NCBI GenBank assembly: GCA_963794325.1
Contig: CAWCDG010000004.1
Location: forward strand, 288,001-352,000
DNA: 64,000 nt
Direction: 5' to 3'
From: an uncultured delta proteobacterium
GTDB taxonomy: Bacteria > Desulfobacterota > Binatia > Binatales > Binataceae
Below, piece after piece: positions 10,515 through 19,609 of the stretch; within the stretch, counting starts at the first letter, position 1, and every line of letters begins with the position of its first letter. The notes under the pieces are model-generated. The model ran no database searches, had not been told where the DNA came from, and saw nothing but the letters and a program-made list of their open reading frames with translations. A program made the position numbers and the translations under genes.

Positions 10515-11987
10515 TTAGAAGGCGTAAATGAAATTGGCCGCCAACGTATCCTGTCCGTGCCACAGATGCTGGCCGGTGAACACGCCATTGGTGAACACGC
10601 TGTTGTTGTTGGTGAACGAGTTCTGGCTCGAATTGTCGTGCCGGTATTCCAGCCGCGCGATCAGGCCCGTCACCTCAGGCACCTTGTAGCTGATGGTCTG
10701 GGTTATTTCCCACAACGTCTGCGCCTCGCCATTGGTGCGGTACCCGTCCATATCGTCGAAGAATTCGGCACGGGTCGCCGACTCGATCGCAGGGGTGAAA
10801 TCGTACACCACGTACCCTGCCGCGCCCTGCCACGAAGCACTGTGACCGTTGATCACAGGACCGTCCTGCGACGCGTAGAGGTATTCAGCCTGCAAGGTCA
10901 GGTTGGGTACGAACGAAGGTTTCCAGGTCGCGATCGGATCGATCGCACCAAGGTTGGAATTCGATGCCTGCTTGCCGTTAGCCCCGCCGATTGCATTCGG
11001 CCCTACGATGCCGTTGACGACCAGGCTCACCGACTTGTCCTTGTTGTTGAGCGTCAGCTCACCCTCGAAGTTCGGGCCGCCGTTGCTATTAGCCGCCGGA
11101 TCGTCCCATCCGTTGTTCAGACCCGCGGTAGCAGACACGTAGTCGTTGAACGTATAGCTGGCGCGGACGCCGGTATGAGTCAGCGGTTCGCCCAGGTTGA
11201 ACACCAGGCCGCGGCTCTCGTTGAAGTTCTGGTTATTGTAAACCGGGATGATCTCGGCGCCCAGTAGCGTTACGAAACGTCCCGCTTCGAAACTTACCCC
11301 GGAACCGAATGGCGCGGTGTAAGTCAGGTAGTACTGGGTTGCGTCGATCCACTGGCCGCCCACAAATGCCTGGTTCGAATAGTGCGTCACACTGGAAATG
11401 GAGTTCGCGACCTGACCGACGTTAATGTCGGTGACGAATCCAACCGTCCCATCGCGCTCGATGTGCAGGTTGCCCTGAGTGAGCTGAAACCCATCCTGGT
11501 CCCACGCCCGGAACACGTTGGTGTTGAAGTTCGGCTGATTGAAGTTATGCTCGTAGCCCGCATCGACCAGCGCATGCACGCTGATACCGAGGTTGTCAGA
11601 GAGATTCTTCTGGATGGACGTTATATTCGTCTCAGCCAGGCCAACGTGCTGGCCAATGGTGGCCGGTGACGCGTTAGCCGCCGGCTGTGCGACCACCATC
11701 TCCGACTCAATCTTTTTCACCTCGCTGGTGGTGTCGTCGCTCTGCTTCTGCAGATTGCTCACTTCCCCCGACAGTGCGTTAAGACGCTGCTCCTCGCCGG
11801 GGTTCGAGGCGACAGTGGTTGTGGTCGTGCTGACCACGTGATGATGATGTCTGTGAGTCGTCGTTTTAGTCGTCGTCGTGGCTGGATCTTCCGCCCACGC
11901 ATTCGCGTTGCACACCAATCCAATCAGTGCGACGCCAGCAATGAGGCGAAGCCACACAACGCCCCGGGTCGTTTTCATTCTGTTCAC
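10515..11987 (-). CDS. Outer-membrane beta-barrel porin (BBP2/DUF1597-like) with N-terminal His-rich segment and coiled coil
   Basis: Signal peptide; GRFVTLLGAE, P.THTGVR, NGWD and RLEYRHD motifs; C-terminal Phe; GGAGG RBS before a GTG start. Confidence 0.8.
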   Translation of the reverse strand: MNRMKTTRGVVWLRLIAGVALIGLVCNANAWAEDPATTTTKTTTHRHHHHVVSTTTTTVASNPGEEQRLNALSGEVSNLQKQSDDTTSEVKKIESEMVVAQPAANASPATIGQHVGLAETNITSIQKNLSDNLGISVHALVDAGYEHNFNQPNFNTNVFRAWDQDGFQLTQGNLHIERDGTVGFVTDINVGQVANSISSVTHYSNQAFVGGQWIDATQYYLTYTAPFGSGVSFEAGRFVTLLGAEIIPVYNNQNFNESRGLVFNLGEPLTHTGVRASYTFNDYVSATAGLNNGWDDPAANSNGGPNFEGELTLNNKDKSVSLVVNGIVGPNAIGGANGKQASNSNLGAIDPIATWKPSFVPNLTLQAEYLYASQDGPVINGHSASWQGAAGYVVYDFTPAIESATRAEFFDDMDGYRTNGEAQTLWEITQTISYKVPEVTGLIARLEYRHDNSSQNSFTNNNSVFTNGVFTGQHLWHGQDTLAANFIYAF

Positions 11988-12290
11988 TAGCTCCTCCCTC
12001 CGAGATGCGCGGCCCCTCGCCGCGGCTTCCTGCGCCCACACACGTACTGGGCTACGGTGATTAAACCGGCTGCTTTGTTACAAGATTCATACCGGTGTAA
12101 AAATTGAACGATGGCTAGAATCCCCTGTATTCATAAGGATTTCTGCCATCGGTCAGCCATTAGTGATGCCCGTATGGAATGCATCTGCCGCGTCATTAAT
12201 CAGATTCAACGAGGCATAGTCAATACATCACGATTGTCAGAACCTCGCGAAAGGAGCACGAATACTTCATTGTGAGATTGGTCAAAACAA

Positions 12291-13457
12291 ATGAATTTTG
12301 AGTTAACAGAGGCCCAGGAAGAGATCGTCAGGCAGGTGCGCACCCTGTGCACAAACTATCCGGACGAATACTGGCGCGAGCATGATCGCCGCGCTGAATT
12401 TCCGCATGATTTCTTCGCCGCAGTCGCCGCCGCCGGCTATCTCGGCGTCGCGATTCCCGAACGCTACGGCGGCAGCGGCCTTGGCATCACCGAGGCTGCC
12501 CTCGTGATGCGCGAAGTTGCCGCCTCGGGCGGCGCAATGGCGGCGGCCAGCGCGATTCATCTCTCGATCTTCGGCGTCAGCCCGCTCGTCTTCCACGGCA
12601 GCGAGGAGCAGAAGCTCCGCTACCTGCCCAAGGTAGTCAGCGGCGAGATGCATGTTGCGTTCGCCGTCACTGAGCCCGACGCCGGCAACGACATCACGCA
12701 CATCAAGACCGCCGCCCGCCGCGACGGCGACAATTACCTCATCAACGGCCGCAAAGTCTTCACCACCAAGGCGCGCGAAGCCCAACGGATGCTCCTGCTC
12801 ACGCGAACCACACCGTTCGAGCAGGTGACTAAAAAGACCGACGGCATGAGCCTGTTCTTCGCCGAGCTCGAGCCCTCATCGGTCGAAATTCGCGAGCTCG
12901 AAAAACTCGGCCGGGCCGCCGTCGATACCAACCTGCTCTTTATCGACAACCTGAAAGTGTCGGCGTCGGATCTGATCGGCGGAGAGGGCCGTGGCTTTCA
13001 TTGCCTGCTCGACGGTTTGAATCCCGAACGCATCCTGGTTGCCGCTGAAGCGATCGGAATCGGCCGTGCCGCGATCGCAAAAGCCGTCAGGTATGCGAAA
13101 GAACGCATCGTCTTCGGCCGTCCGATCGGACAAAACCAGGCAATCGCGCACCCACTCGCCGATTCGTACTCGAAGCTCGAAGCGGCGGAACTCATGATGT
13201 TCAAAGCGGCGTGGCTGTTCGACAATCGCAAGCCTTGCGGACCCGAAGCCAACACCGCCAAGCTGCGCGCCGCCGACGCCGCGTTCGAGGCCTGCGATCG
13301 CGCGGTGCAGACTCTCGGCGGCTACGGTTACGTTCGCGAGTACGACGTCGAGCGCTACTTCCGCGAATGCCGTCTGCTGAAGATCGCGCCGGTGTCCCAG
13401 GAAATGGTGTTGAATTCGATCGCCGAGCACGTGCTCGGCCTGCCGCGGTCGTACTAG
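12291..13457 (+). CDS. Acyl-CoA dehydrogenase
   Basis: FAVTEPDAGND, INGRKVF, R.VFGRPIG.NQ and LGGYGY motifs. Confidence 0.95.
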   Translation: MNFELTEAQEEIVRQVRTLCTNYPDEYWREHDRRAEFPHDFFAAVAAAGYLGVAIPERYGGSGLGITEAALVMREVAASGGAMAAASAIHLSIFGVSPLVFHGSEEQKLRYLPKVVSGEMHVAFAVTEPDAGNDITHIKTAARRDGDNYLINGRKVFTTKAREAQRMLLLTRTTPFEQVTKKTDGMSLFFAELEPSSVEIRELEKLGRAAVDTNLLFIDNLKVSASDLIGGEGRGFHCLLDGLNPERILVAAEAIGIGRAAIAKAVRYAKERIVFGRPIGQNQAIAHPLADSYSKLEAAELMMFKAAWLFDNRKPCGPEANTAKLRAADAAFEACDRAVQTLGGYGYVREYDVERYFRECRLLKIAPVSQEMVLNSIAEHVLGLPRSY

Positions 13458-13466
13458 ACGACGCCG

Positions 13467-13820
13467 ATGCGTAAGGGCGCGTTCATCATTCTGCTCGCCG
13501 CGCTATGCTTCGCGGCCTACGTGCTCTATTCATTGACCGGCGTGGAACCGGTCAAGGTCGCCGACACTCGCCTCATTCGAAGTGGCGACCAGGTGTCAGT
13601 CGAGGGCGAAGTCCGCAACACCGGGGACGACACCGGCCCGCTCCAGCTCGAAGTCCGCTATTTCGACCGCGACGGCCATTCGATCGGCAAGGATGTGGTC
13701 TCGATGGACGGGCTGCGGCATGGCGCCGCCACCCATTTCAAAAGTTCGCCGCGCCGCGAGGATGGGGTCGCGGATTTCTCCATCTATTTGAATCACGGGC
13801 GAAATCCATACGGGAACTGA
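13467..13820 (+). CDS. Membrane-anchored FxLYD-like domain protein
   Basis: N-terminal TM; VEGEVRNTG...VRYFDRDG.SIG pattern. Confidence 0.65.
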   Translation: MRKGAFIILLAALCFAAYVLYSLTGVEPVKVADTRLIRSGDQVSVEGEVRNTGDDTGPLQLEVRYFDRDGHSIGKDVVSMDGLRHGAATHFKSSPRREDGVADFSIYLNHGRNPYGN

Positions 13821-13992
13821 GACGCCAATTGAATACTTTGCACAGCCCGGCGTCTAAACAGTTTGTAGGGTTAAGCGACCGAGTGTGCGGCGCGGTTCAG
13901 TCAGTTCCGGCCGGAACACCAATTAATCGCTTGCCTCTAAGTCGTCTTGGTGGTACTAACTGTAAGTGTCGAATAACACCATTTTGGTGGAA

Positions 13993-14012
13993 GTGTGATC
14001 GATCGATCGCAC
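13993..14012. promoter_or_regulatory. 20-bp near-perfect palindrome, candidate operator
   Basis: GTGTGATCGA|TCGATCGCAC with one mismatch, 43 bp upstream of the XRE gene. Confidence 0.4.
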
Positions 14013-14055
14013 CTGAGTCGGCACACATCGCAAAAAAGGGGAAGAGGTTTCTATC

Positions 14056-14484
14056 ATGGCACGCAACAAGGAACGTACTTTCGGACAGGTCATTCGTGAG
14101 CGCAGGCGGCAACTCGACCTCACTCAGGAGGAAGTTGCTCATCGCATCAAGACCTCGACGCCGTATGTCGGACATCTCGAGTCCGGCAAACGCCATCCTT
14201 CTGACAAGATTTTGACCCGTCTGGCGGAAGTGCTCGGACTCGATCGGCGCGAATTGTTTTTCCTCGCCAATCCTCGAGCGCAAGCACTGCTGAGCCCCGA
14301 GGTCGAGAATCCGGCCGAGTCCGCCTGGGAAGATTTCCGCAAGAACGAGCAGCTGCGGCGCGTTCACAACGTCACCGCCAGCGAGATGGAGATGCTCTCG
14401 CGAGTGGCGTTGCTCGGTGACGTGCGTTCGCCGCGCGATTTCATCTACATTCTGAATACCGTGCGCCACGCTGTCGGGAGATAG
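14056..14484 (+). CDS. XRE-family helix-turn-helix transcriptional regulator
   Basis: FGQVIRERRRQLDLTQEEVA...YVGHLESGKRHPS; GAGG RBS. Confidence 0.9.
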   Translation: MARNKERTFGQVIRERRRQLDLTQEEVAHRIKTSTPYVGHLESGKRHPSDKILTRLAEVLGLDRRELFFLANPRAQALLSPEVENPAESAWEDFRKNEQLRRVHNVTASEMEMLSRVALLGDVRSPRDFIYILNTVRHAVGR

Positions 14485-14520
14485 CCGCCGGCCAGGTCGC
14501 ACGCCAACAGATTCGTTGAA

Positions 14521-14553
14521 GACGCGAGAGCATTGCTCTCGCGTCTTTTTTTT
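14521..14553 (+). terminator. Intrinsic terminator after the XRE gene
   Basis: GACGCGAGAGC-ATT-GCTCTCGCGTC stem followed by T8. Confidence 0.9.
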
Positions 14554-14585
14554 GGTGCATCGCGCTGCCTAAGCTCGACTCCATC

Positions 14586-15878
14586 ATGGGTGAGCCTGCA
14601 CCAACGCGCATTTTCGCGTCCGGACTACCGCGATGGCCCCAACGCTACACCGTCGTTGCGTTGTTCTTCCTCGGCACCGCGCTTTGCTACATCGATCGGA
14701 TCAGCATCTCGGTCGCGATAATCCCGCTCGCCCGCCAGTTCGGTTACGACTCCGCCGCGCAAGGGCTCGTGCTGTCGGCGGTGTTCTGGGGATATCTGTG
14801 GACCCAGCTGGTCGGCGGATGGATGGCCGATCGATTCGGCGGCCATCGCGTGCTGGCGGGCGGCGTCGCTATCTGGTCGCTCGCAACCTTCGTCACACCT
14901 ATCGCGGCCGCCGCATCATTCGCCAGTTTGCTCGCGGCGCGCGTGCTGCTCGGCCTGGGCGAGGGCGTGAACTTCCCGTCGATTCACAGCCTCACCTCGC
15001 GCTGGACGCTGCCCTCCGAACGCGCGCGCGTATTGTCCGTGAACTACAGCGGCATGTACGTGGGAACAGTACTGGCGTTGAGCGCGAGTCCGCTGATCAT
15101 CAAGGCGTTCGGATGGCCCGCGCTGTTCTACATTTCCGGCGCACTCGGCCTGGTGTGGGTCGCCGCCTGGATGTATCTCGCCGCCGACCGCCCCGAGACT
15201 TCGTCGCGCGTCACGATGCCCGAGCTCGAATTGATCACCTCGATGCGCACCGCCGAGGCGCGCGCGACCCGCGTACCGTGGGCCGCAATCGCGCGAGAGC
15301 CGGCCGTCTGGGCAATCGTCGTCGCGCATTTCTGCAGCAACTTCGGATTCAACATCCTGCTGCTCTGGATGCCGACCTATCTGCATCACACCTTCGGCGT
15401 GCCGCTCGAGCGCGTCGGCCTTTATTCGATAATTCCGTGGATCACGACGTTCTTTGCGATCAGCATCTCGGGCTGGCTCGCTGATCTTTTGATCCTGCGC
15501 GGCCTCGCCGTGGGCACCGTGCGCAAGTCGATGCAGACAGCGGCGTTCACGCTCGGCGCAATATCGCTGATGATTGTGCCCGCAGTTCATTCACCGTTGA
15601 TGGCGGTCGCGCTGCTCACGCTGGCGGCCTCGTCCAACGGCATCGGCTCCGCTGCCTTCGGCGTGAATCACCTCGATGTCGCGCCGACCTACGCGGGAAT
15701 CCTGATGGGAATATCGAACACCTTCGCCACCATCCCGGGCATCATCGGCGTCGCCGCGACCGGGATGATCGTGCAGGCGACCAAATCGTTCAGCGCGGTT
15801 TTCTATCTGATCGCGGCAGTCTACGGCCTCGGGATGTTTTTCTACCTCCGATGGGCGAGCGGCGATCAGAGAATCTGA
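14586..15878 (+). CDS. MFS transporter, ACS/SLC17-like family
   Basis: CYIDRISIS, GWMADRFG, GLGEGVNFP and NHLDVAP.YAG motifs; about 12 TM segments. Confidence 0.9.
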   Translation: MGEPAPTRIFASGLPRWPQRYTVVALFFLGTALCYIDRISISVAIIPLARQFGYDSAAQGLVLSAVFWGYLWTQLVGGWMADRFGGHRVLAGGVAIWSLATFVTPIAAAASFASLLAARVLLGLGEGVNFPSIHSLTSRWTLPSERARVLSVNYSGMYVGTVLALSASPLIIKAFGWPALFYISGALGLVWVAAWMYLAADRPETSSRVTMPELELITSMRTAEARATRVPWAAIAREPAVWAIVVAHFCSNFGFNILLLWMPTYLHHTFGVPLERVGLYSIIPWITTFFAISISGWLADLLILRGLAVGTVRKSMQTAAFTLGAISLMIVPAVHSPLMAVALLTLAASSNGIGSAAFGVNHLDVAPTYAGILMGISNTFATIPGIIGVAATGMIVQATKSFSAVFYLIAAVYGLGMFFYLRWASGDQRI

Positions 15879-15946
15879 ATTTTTGCAGTGGCGGATTGGC
15901 CGCCAGTCGCGATATACGGTGATGGGAAGGGGAGCGCGGTCAATCG

Positions 15947-17203
15947 ATGAGCCAGCCGAACAAACTTTCGCCCTACCGGTGGGTTATCGAAACCCTGCTG
16001 CTGCTCCTGCTAACCGCGCAGTCGTTCGCGTGGCTTGCGCCCGCCCCGATACTTCAGGAAATCAAGAGCGGACTCGGAATCTCGCTCAGCAGCGCGGGCC
16101 TGATCATCTCGATCATCGCGCTATGCATCGGCGTCTTCTCTCTCCTCGGCGCCGTCGTCGCCGAGCGGATTGGCCCGTTGCGCGCGCTCGTTATCGGAAT
16201 CTGGCTGATGGCGATCGGACAGGTCGCGAGCGGCTACGCCCCTGATTTCGCGGCCCTACTGGCATGCCGCGTGCTCGAGGGCGTCGGCTACGGCCTCGTC
16301 ATCGCGCCTCCCGGCACGCTCACGATGCAATGGTTCGGCGAAGGCGAATGGCCCTACATCAACATGGTCAACTTCTCCTTCGGCTACGTCGGACTCACCG
16401 CGGTATTCCGTTTGACACCGGCCCTGTTCGCGGCCGTCGGTTCTTCGTGGCGGATGACGCTGCTGTGGTACGGCGTCGGCTCGGCAGGCGTCGCGCTGCT
16501 GTGGACAATCTTCGGCCGCGAGCATCGAGGCGAAATCATCGCGCCCGCATCCGACGCGATCGAAGATGCCGCCGAACGCGGCTCGGCGCTGATGGAAGTC
16601 GCGAAGATGCGCAACGTGCTGCTGATCGCGGCCGGTCTCTTCGGCGGAATGTGGGTGTTCCAGATCTACACGGCGTTCCTGCCCGAGTTCTTCCGCAGCT
16701 ACCGCGGCATGTCGATGGCGGAAGCCTCGATGATGACGCAAGTCCTGCCGTTCACTGGACTGTTCGCAGCGTTGGGCGGCGGCATCGGCACCGGGATGTC
16801 CGGACTGCGCAAGCCGTTCACATGGCCAATCGCATTCGCAACTCTCATCGGATGCGCCGGCGCTCTGATGCTTCCCGACCCAATGTGGATCCGTCTGTCG
16901 CTGGTGCTGGTCGGAATCGGCTCGGCCGGATCGCTCGCCGCAATCACGACGCTGCTGATGGAACTCCCCGGCATGAACCCGACGCGTGTCGGCGCAGCTC
17001 TGGGCTTCGTATGGGCAATCGGCTACTTCGGTGCGTTCATCTCGCCGTTCCTGGGCGGCGCACTCGCGGCACACATAGGACTGCGCACCGTGATGCTCGG
17101 TTTCCTGGCCTTCCAATTCCTGCCGATCACGACGATGTACTTCCTCCCCGAAACCGGCCCCGGCCGCAGCCGCTACGAAATCGCCCCCGCCTCCGCCTCG
17201 TAA
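15947..17203 (+). CDS. MFS transporter (CynX/NimT-like)
   Basis: About 12 hydrophobic segments; AERIG motif A and RVLEGVG. Confidence 0.8.
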   Translation: MSQPNKLSPYRWVIETLLLLLLTAQSFAWLAPAPILQEIKSGLGISLSSAGLIISIIALCIGVFSLLGAVVAERIGPLRALVIGIWLMAIGQVASGYAPDFAALLACRVLEGVGYGLVIAPPGTLTMQWFGEGEWPYINMVNFSFGYVGLTAVFRLTPALFAAVGSSWRMTLLWYGVGSAGVALLWTIFGREHRGEIIAPASDAIEDAAERGSALMEVAKMRNVLLIAAGLFGGMWVFQIYTAFLPEFFRSYRGMSMAEASMMTQVLPFTGLFAALGGGIGTGMSGLRKPFTWPIAFATLIGCAGALMLPDPMWIRLSLVLVGIGSAGSLAAITTLLMELPGMNPTRVGAALGFVWAIGYFGAFISPFLGGALAAHIGLRTVMLGFLAFQFLPITTMYFLPETGPGRSRYEIAPASAS

Positions 17204-17225
17204 GTTCCTGTCTTTTGTTCTTGTT

Positions 17226-17336
17226 CCCCTTCCCACTATGGGAAGGGGTCAGGGGTTAGGTTGCGCGCATCCTGACCACGCTCGCCCTCAAACTCTGGTC
17301 CCCCTTCCCGCTCGGGAAGGGGTTAGGGGTTAGGTT
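17226..17336 (+). repeat. Two direct copies of a REP-like element between convergent genes
   Basis: CCCCTTCCC-N5/6-GGGAAGGGGT(C/T)AGGGGTTAGGTT at 17226-17262 and 17301-17336. Confidence 0.8.
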
Positions 17337-17337
17337 C

Positions 17338-18141
17338 TCAGGACTTCATCGCGCTCTTCGGCGCCACCTTCATCAGCGCCGCATGCAGCACAGTATTATC
17401 CGCAATCAACCCCTCGAGCTTCACGTCGCGCTGATTGAACCTCAGCGCCCGCCCCTTGATATCAGTGATCGTCCCCCCAGCTTCAACCACCAGCGCCGCG
17501 CCCGACGCGATATCCCACTCACTCTTCGGCGATCGCGTGAACGTCGCATCCGCCTTCCCTGCCGCAACCATCGCCAGCTTGTACGCGACGCTGCCGGTCG
17601 GGCTCACTATCAGCATCCCGTGAAACACCTGCCATTCGCCGCGCGCCGTTTCGCTGCGACTGGCTAGCACCGTCGCCCGCTTGAGCGTCCGCACACGCGT
17701 GACGCGCACCCGTCGCGTATTCAGATGACATCCAACCCCGCGCGCCGACCAATACATCTCACGCTTGATCGGATTGTAGGTGACGCCAAGAATCGGCACC
17801 CCATCTTCGATCAGCGCAATCGCGACCGAGAACTCCGGAATCCCGTTGATGAACTCCTTGGTCCCATCGAGCGGATCGACAATCCACACCCGCCGGCACT
17901 TCAGCCGATCGTCATTATCGACGGTCTCCTCCGAAAGCCATCCATAAGCGGGAAACGGATCGCGCAGCGTTTTCTTGATCGCGTTGTCCGCCTCGAGATC
18001 CGCCTGCGTGACCGGATTATCATGCCCCTTCGATCCAACCTTGAGTCCCTCGCGCTTGTAGTAACCGCGAAGGATCTCACCGGCCTCGCGCGCCGCTTTC
18101 TTCGCGAGCTTCAACTCGCGCGTCAAATCATTTTCTTCCAT
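17338..18141 (-). CDS. Inositol monophosphatase family / CysQ-like 3'(2'),5'-bisphosphate nucleotidase
   Basis: PVTQAD, LSEE, WIVDPLDGTKEF and EWDIA motifs. Confidence 0.9.
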   Translation of the reverse strand: MEENDLTRELKLAKKAAREAGEILRGYYKREGLKVGSKGHDNPVTQADLEADNAIKKTLRDPFPAYGWLSEETVDNDDRLKCRRVWIVDPLDGTKEFINGIPEFSVAIALIEDGVPILGVTYNPIKREMYWSARGVGCHLNTRRVRVTRVRTLKRATVLASRSETARGEWQVFHGMLIVSPTGSVAYKLAMVAAGKADATFTRSPKSEWDIASGAALVVEAGGTITDIKGRALRFNQRDVKLEGLIADNTVLHAALMKVAPKSAMKS

Positions 18142-18319
18142 CGTCCCTCTCAGCCGCGAAAATCCTATCTGCCCCTCGACCTCGATTCCATCACAGACGC
18201 GATCATGAACCTAAGACGACAAACTCTCTGACGATGGATGGTTTGAAGTTTCCGCGGGCATCAACCTAAGATGGCCTCGGGGACCGAGGGACAAAATTCG
18301 ACGGCTTGGGGATCATCGA

Positions 18320-19138
18320 ATGGCGGTAATCGCGATTAGTCAGCAGATTGGCAGCAGGGGTATCGAGCTCGGTGAGCTCACCGCGCGTGAGCTGGGCTAT
18401 CGCTTCCAGACCGGCGAGCAGTTGATCGCCGAAACCGCCAGACGCTTCAACGTGAGCGCCGAACAGATGAAATGGTTCGACGTACACAACCCGCATTTCT
18501 GGGAGCGCAAGACCGACACCGCCCGGTTCGCCGCGTACTACCGCGCCGTCTTTCTGCTGGAGGCCGCGCAGGACCGGATCGTTGTCGCGGGCCGCGGCTC
18601 GTCGCATTTTCTTCCCGAAGGTGGATGCGGCATCAGGGTGCGCACGATGGCTCCGATAGCCGACCGCATCAGACACGTGGCGAAAGAGGAGAAGCTTGCG
18701 CCGGCAGCGGCCGACAAGCGCGTTCGCGACTTCGACATTGAAGTTAAGGCGCGCATCCAGACGCTCTTCGGCCAGGACATCGAAGACCCGGCGATTTACG
18801 ACCTCGTGATCAACACTTCGCGCCTTCCGCTGGCGACGCAGGCGAACACACTGGCGGCGCTCGCGACTCATATCGACAGCGAAGGCGGCACCGAACGCAA
18901 GAAATGCATGAGCGACGCCGCGATCGCGGCGCAGGTTCATGCAGCGCTGGTGGCGCATCCGAAAATCGGCGACACCCAGATGTCGGTGAATTGCTCGGCG
19001 GGTCGCGTGCGCATCAGCGGTGTCGGGCTGGTGCCGCCGTGGGACGGTCTGGTGATCGATGTCGCGCAAAAGGTCGAAGGCGTCGCATCGGTCGAGGTCG
19101 GCGCCGAAGATGATCCCGTGACGTTGACCACAAGCTGA
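18320..19138 (+). CDS. Cytidylate kinase-like family protein with C-terminal BON domain
   Basis: IAISQQIGSRG P-loop-like motif, GRG, YDLVINTS; BON-like C-terminus (DAAIAAQV...VEGVASV). Confidence 0.8.
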   Translation: MAVIAISQQIGSRGIELGELTARELGYRFQTGEQLIAETARRFNVSAEQMKWFDVHNPHFWERKTDTARFAAYYRAVFLLEAAQDRIVVAGRGSSHFLPEGGCGIRVRTMAPIADRIRHVAKEEKLAPAAADKRVRDFDIEVKARIQTLFGQDIEDPAIYDLVINTSRLPLATQANTLAALATHIDSEGGTERKKCMSDAAIAAQVHAALVAHPKIGDTQMSVNCSAGRVRISGVGLVPPWDGLVIDVAQKVEGVASVEVGAEDDPVTLTTS

Positions 19139-19145
19139 TCGCAGA

Positions 19146-19607
19146 ATGCGGGCACTCATCCTCTTCTTCGCCACCGGAGTTTATTCCGGCTACGCTCCGA
19201 TCGCGCCGGGCACCGCCGGGTCGGTGGTCGGGCTCGTCGTCGTGTGGCTGGTCTTCGGCCCGCTCTGGATGTATTCGCCGGCGCTGTGCCTGTTGGTGTT
19301 CGCCATCGCGTTTGCGATCGCGTGCTGGATATCCGATCGCGCGGAGAAAATTTTCGACAATCACGACGACTCGCGCATCGTGCTCGACGAAGTGCTCGGC
19401 ATGGCCGCGACGATGTTCGGCAACCCGCTGACGTTTCCGTGGATGATGGCTGGATTCCTGCTCTTTCGGATCGCCGACGTAATCAAGCCGTGGCCCGCGA
19501 GCTGGATCGATCGCCGGATGCGCAGCGGCGCGGGCGTGATGCTGGATGATTTGGCGGCGGCGATTTATGCCAATATTGTGCTGCACGTGATCGTGCGCTT
19601 GATCTGA
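19146..19607 (+). CDS. pgpA: Phosphatidylglycerophosphatase A
   Basis: APGTAGS, IVLDEVLG, FRIADVIKPWP and GVMLDD motifs. Confidence 0.95.
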   Translation: MRALILFFATGVYSGYAPIAPGTAGSVVGLVVVWLVFGPLWMYSPALCLLVFAIAFAIACWISDRAEKIFDNHDDSRIVLDEVLGMAATMFGNPLTFPWMMAGFLLFRIADVIKPWPASWIDRRMRSGAGVMLDDLAAAIYANIVLHVIVRLI

Positions 19608-19609
19608 GG

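Noticed and set aside
10078-10563. Several small ORFs between glnA and the porin, where glnB might be expected
   Set aside because: None shows PII motifs; the region contains a promoter, a leader and a terminator instead.
12143-12160. GG-N10-GC match upstream of the porin gene (minus strand TGGCTG...TGGCAG)
   Set aside because: Both the -24 and -12 elements deviate from consensus; too weak to call a sigma54 promoter.
17226-17336. Two 36-37 bp direct repeats with a ~38-bp spacer resembling a minimal CRISPR array
   Set aside because: Only two non-identical units, an inverted copy elsewhere in the window, and no cas genes or leader; better explained as REP-like repeats.
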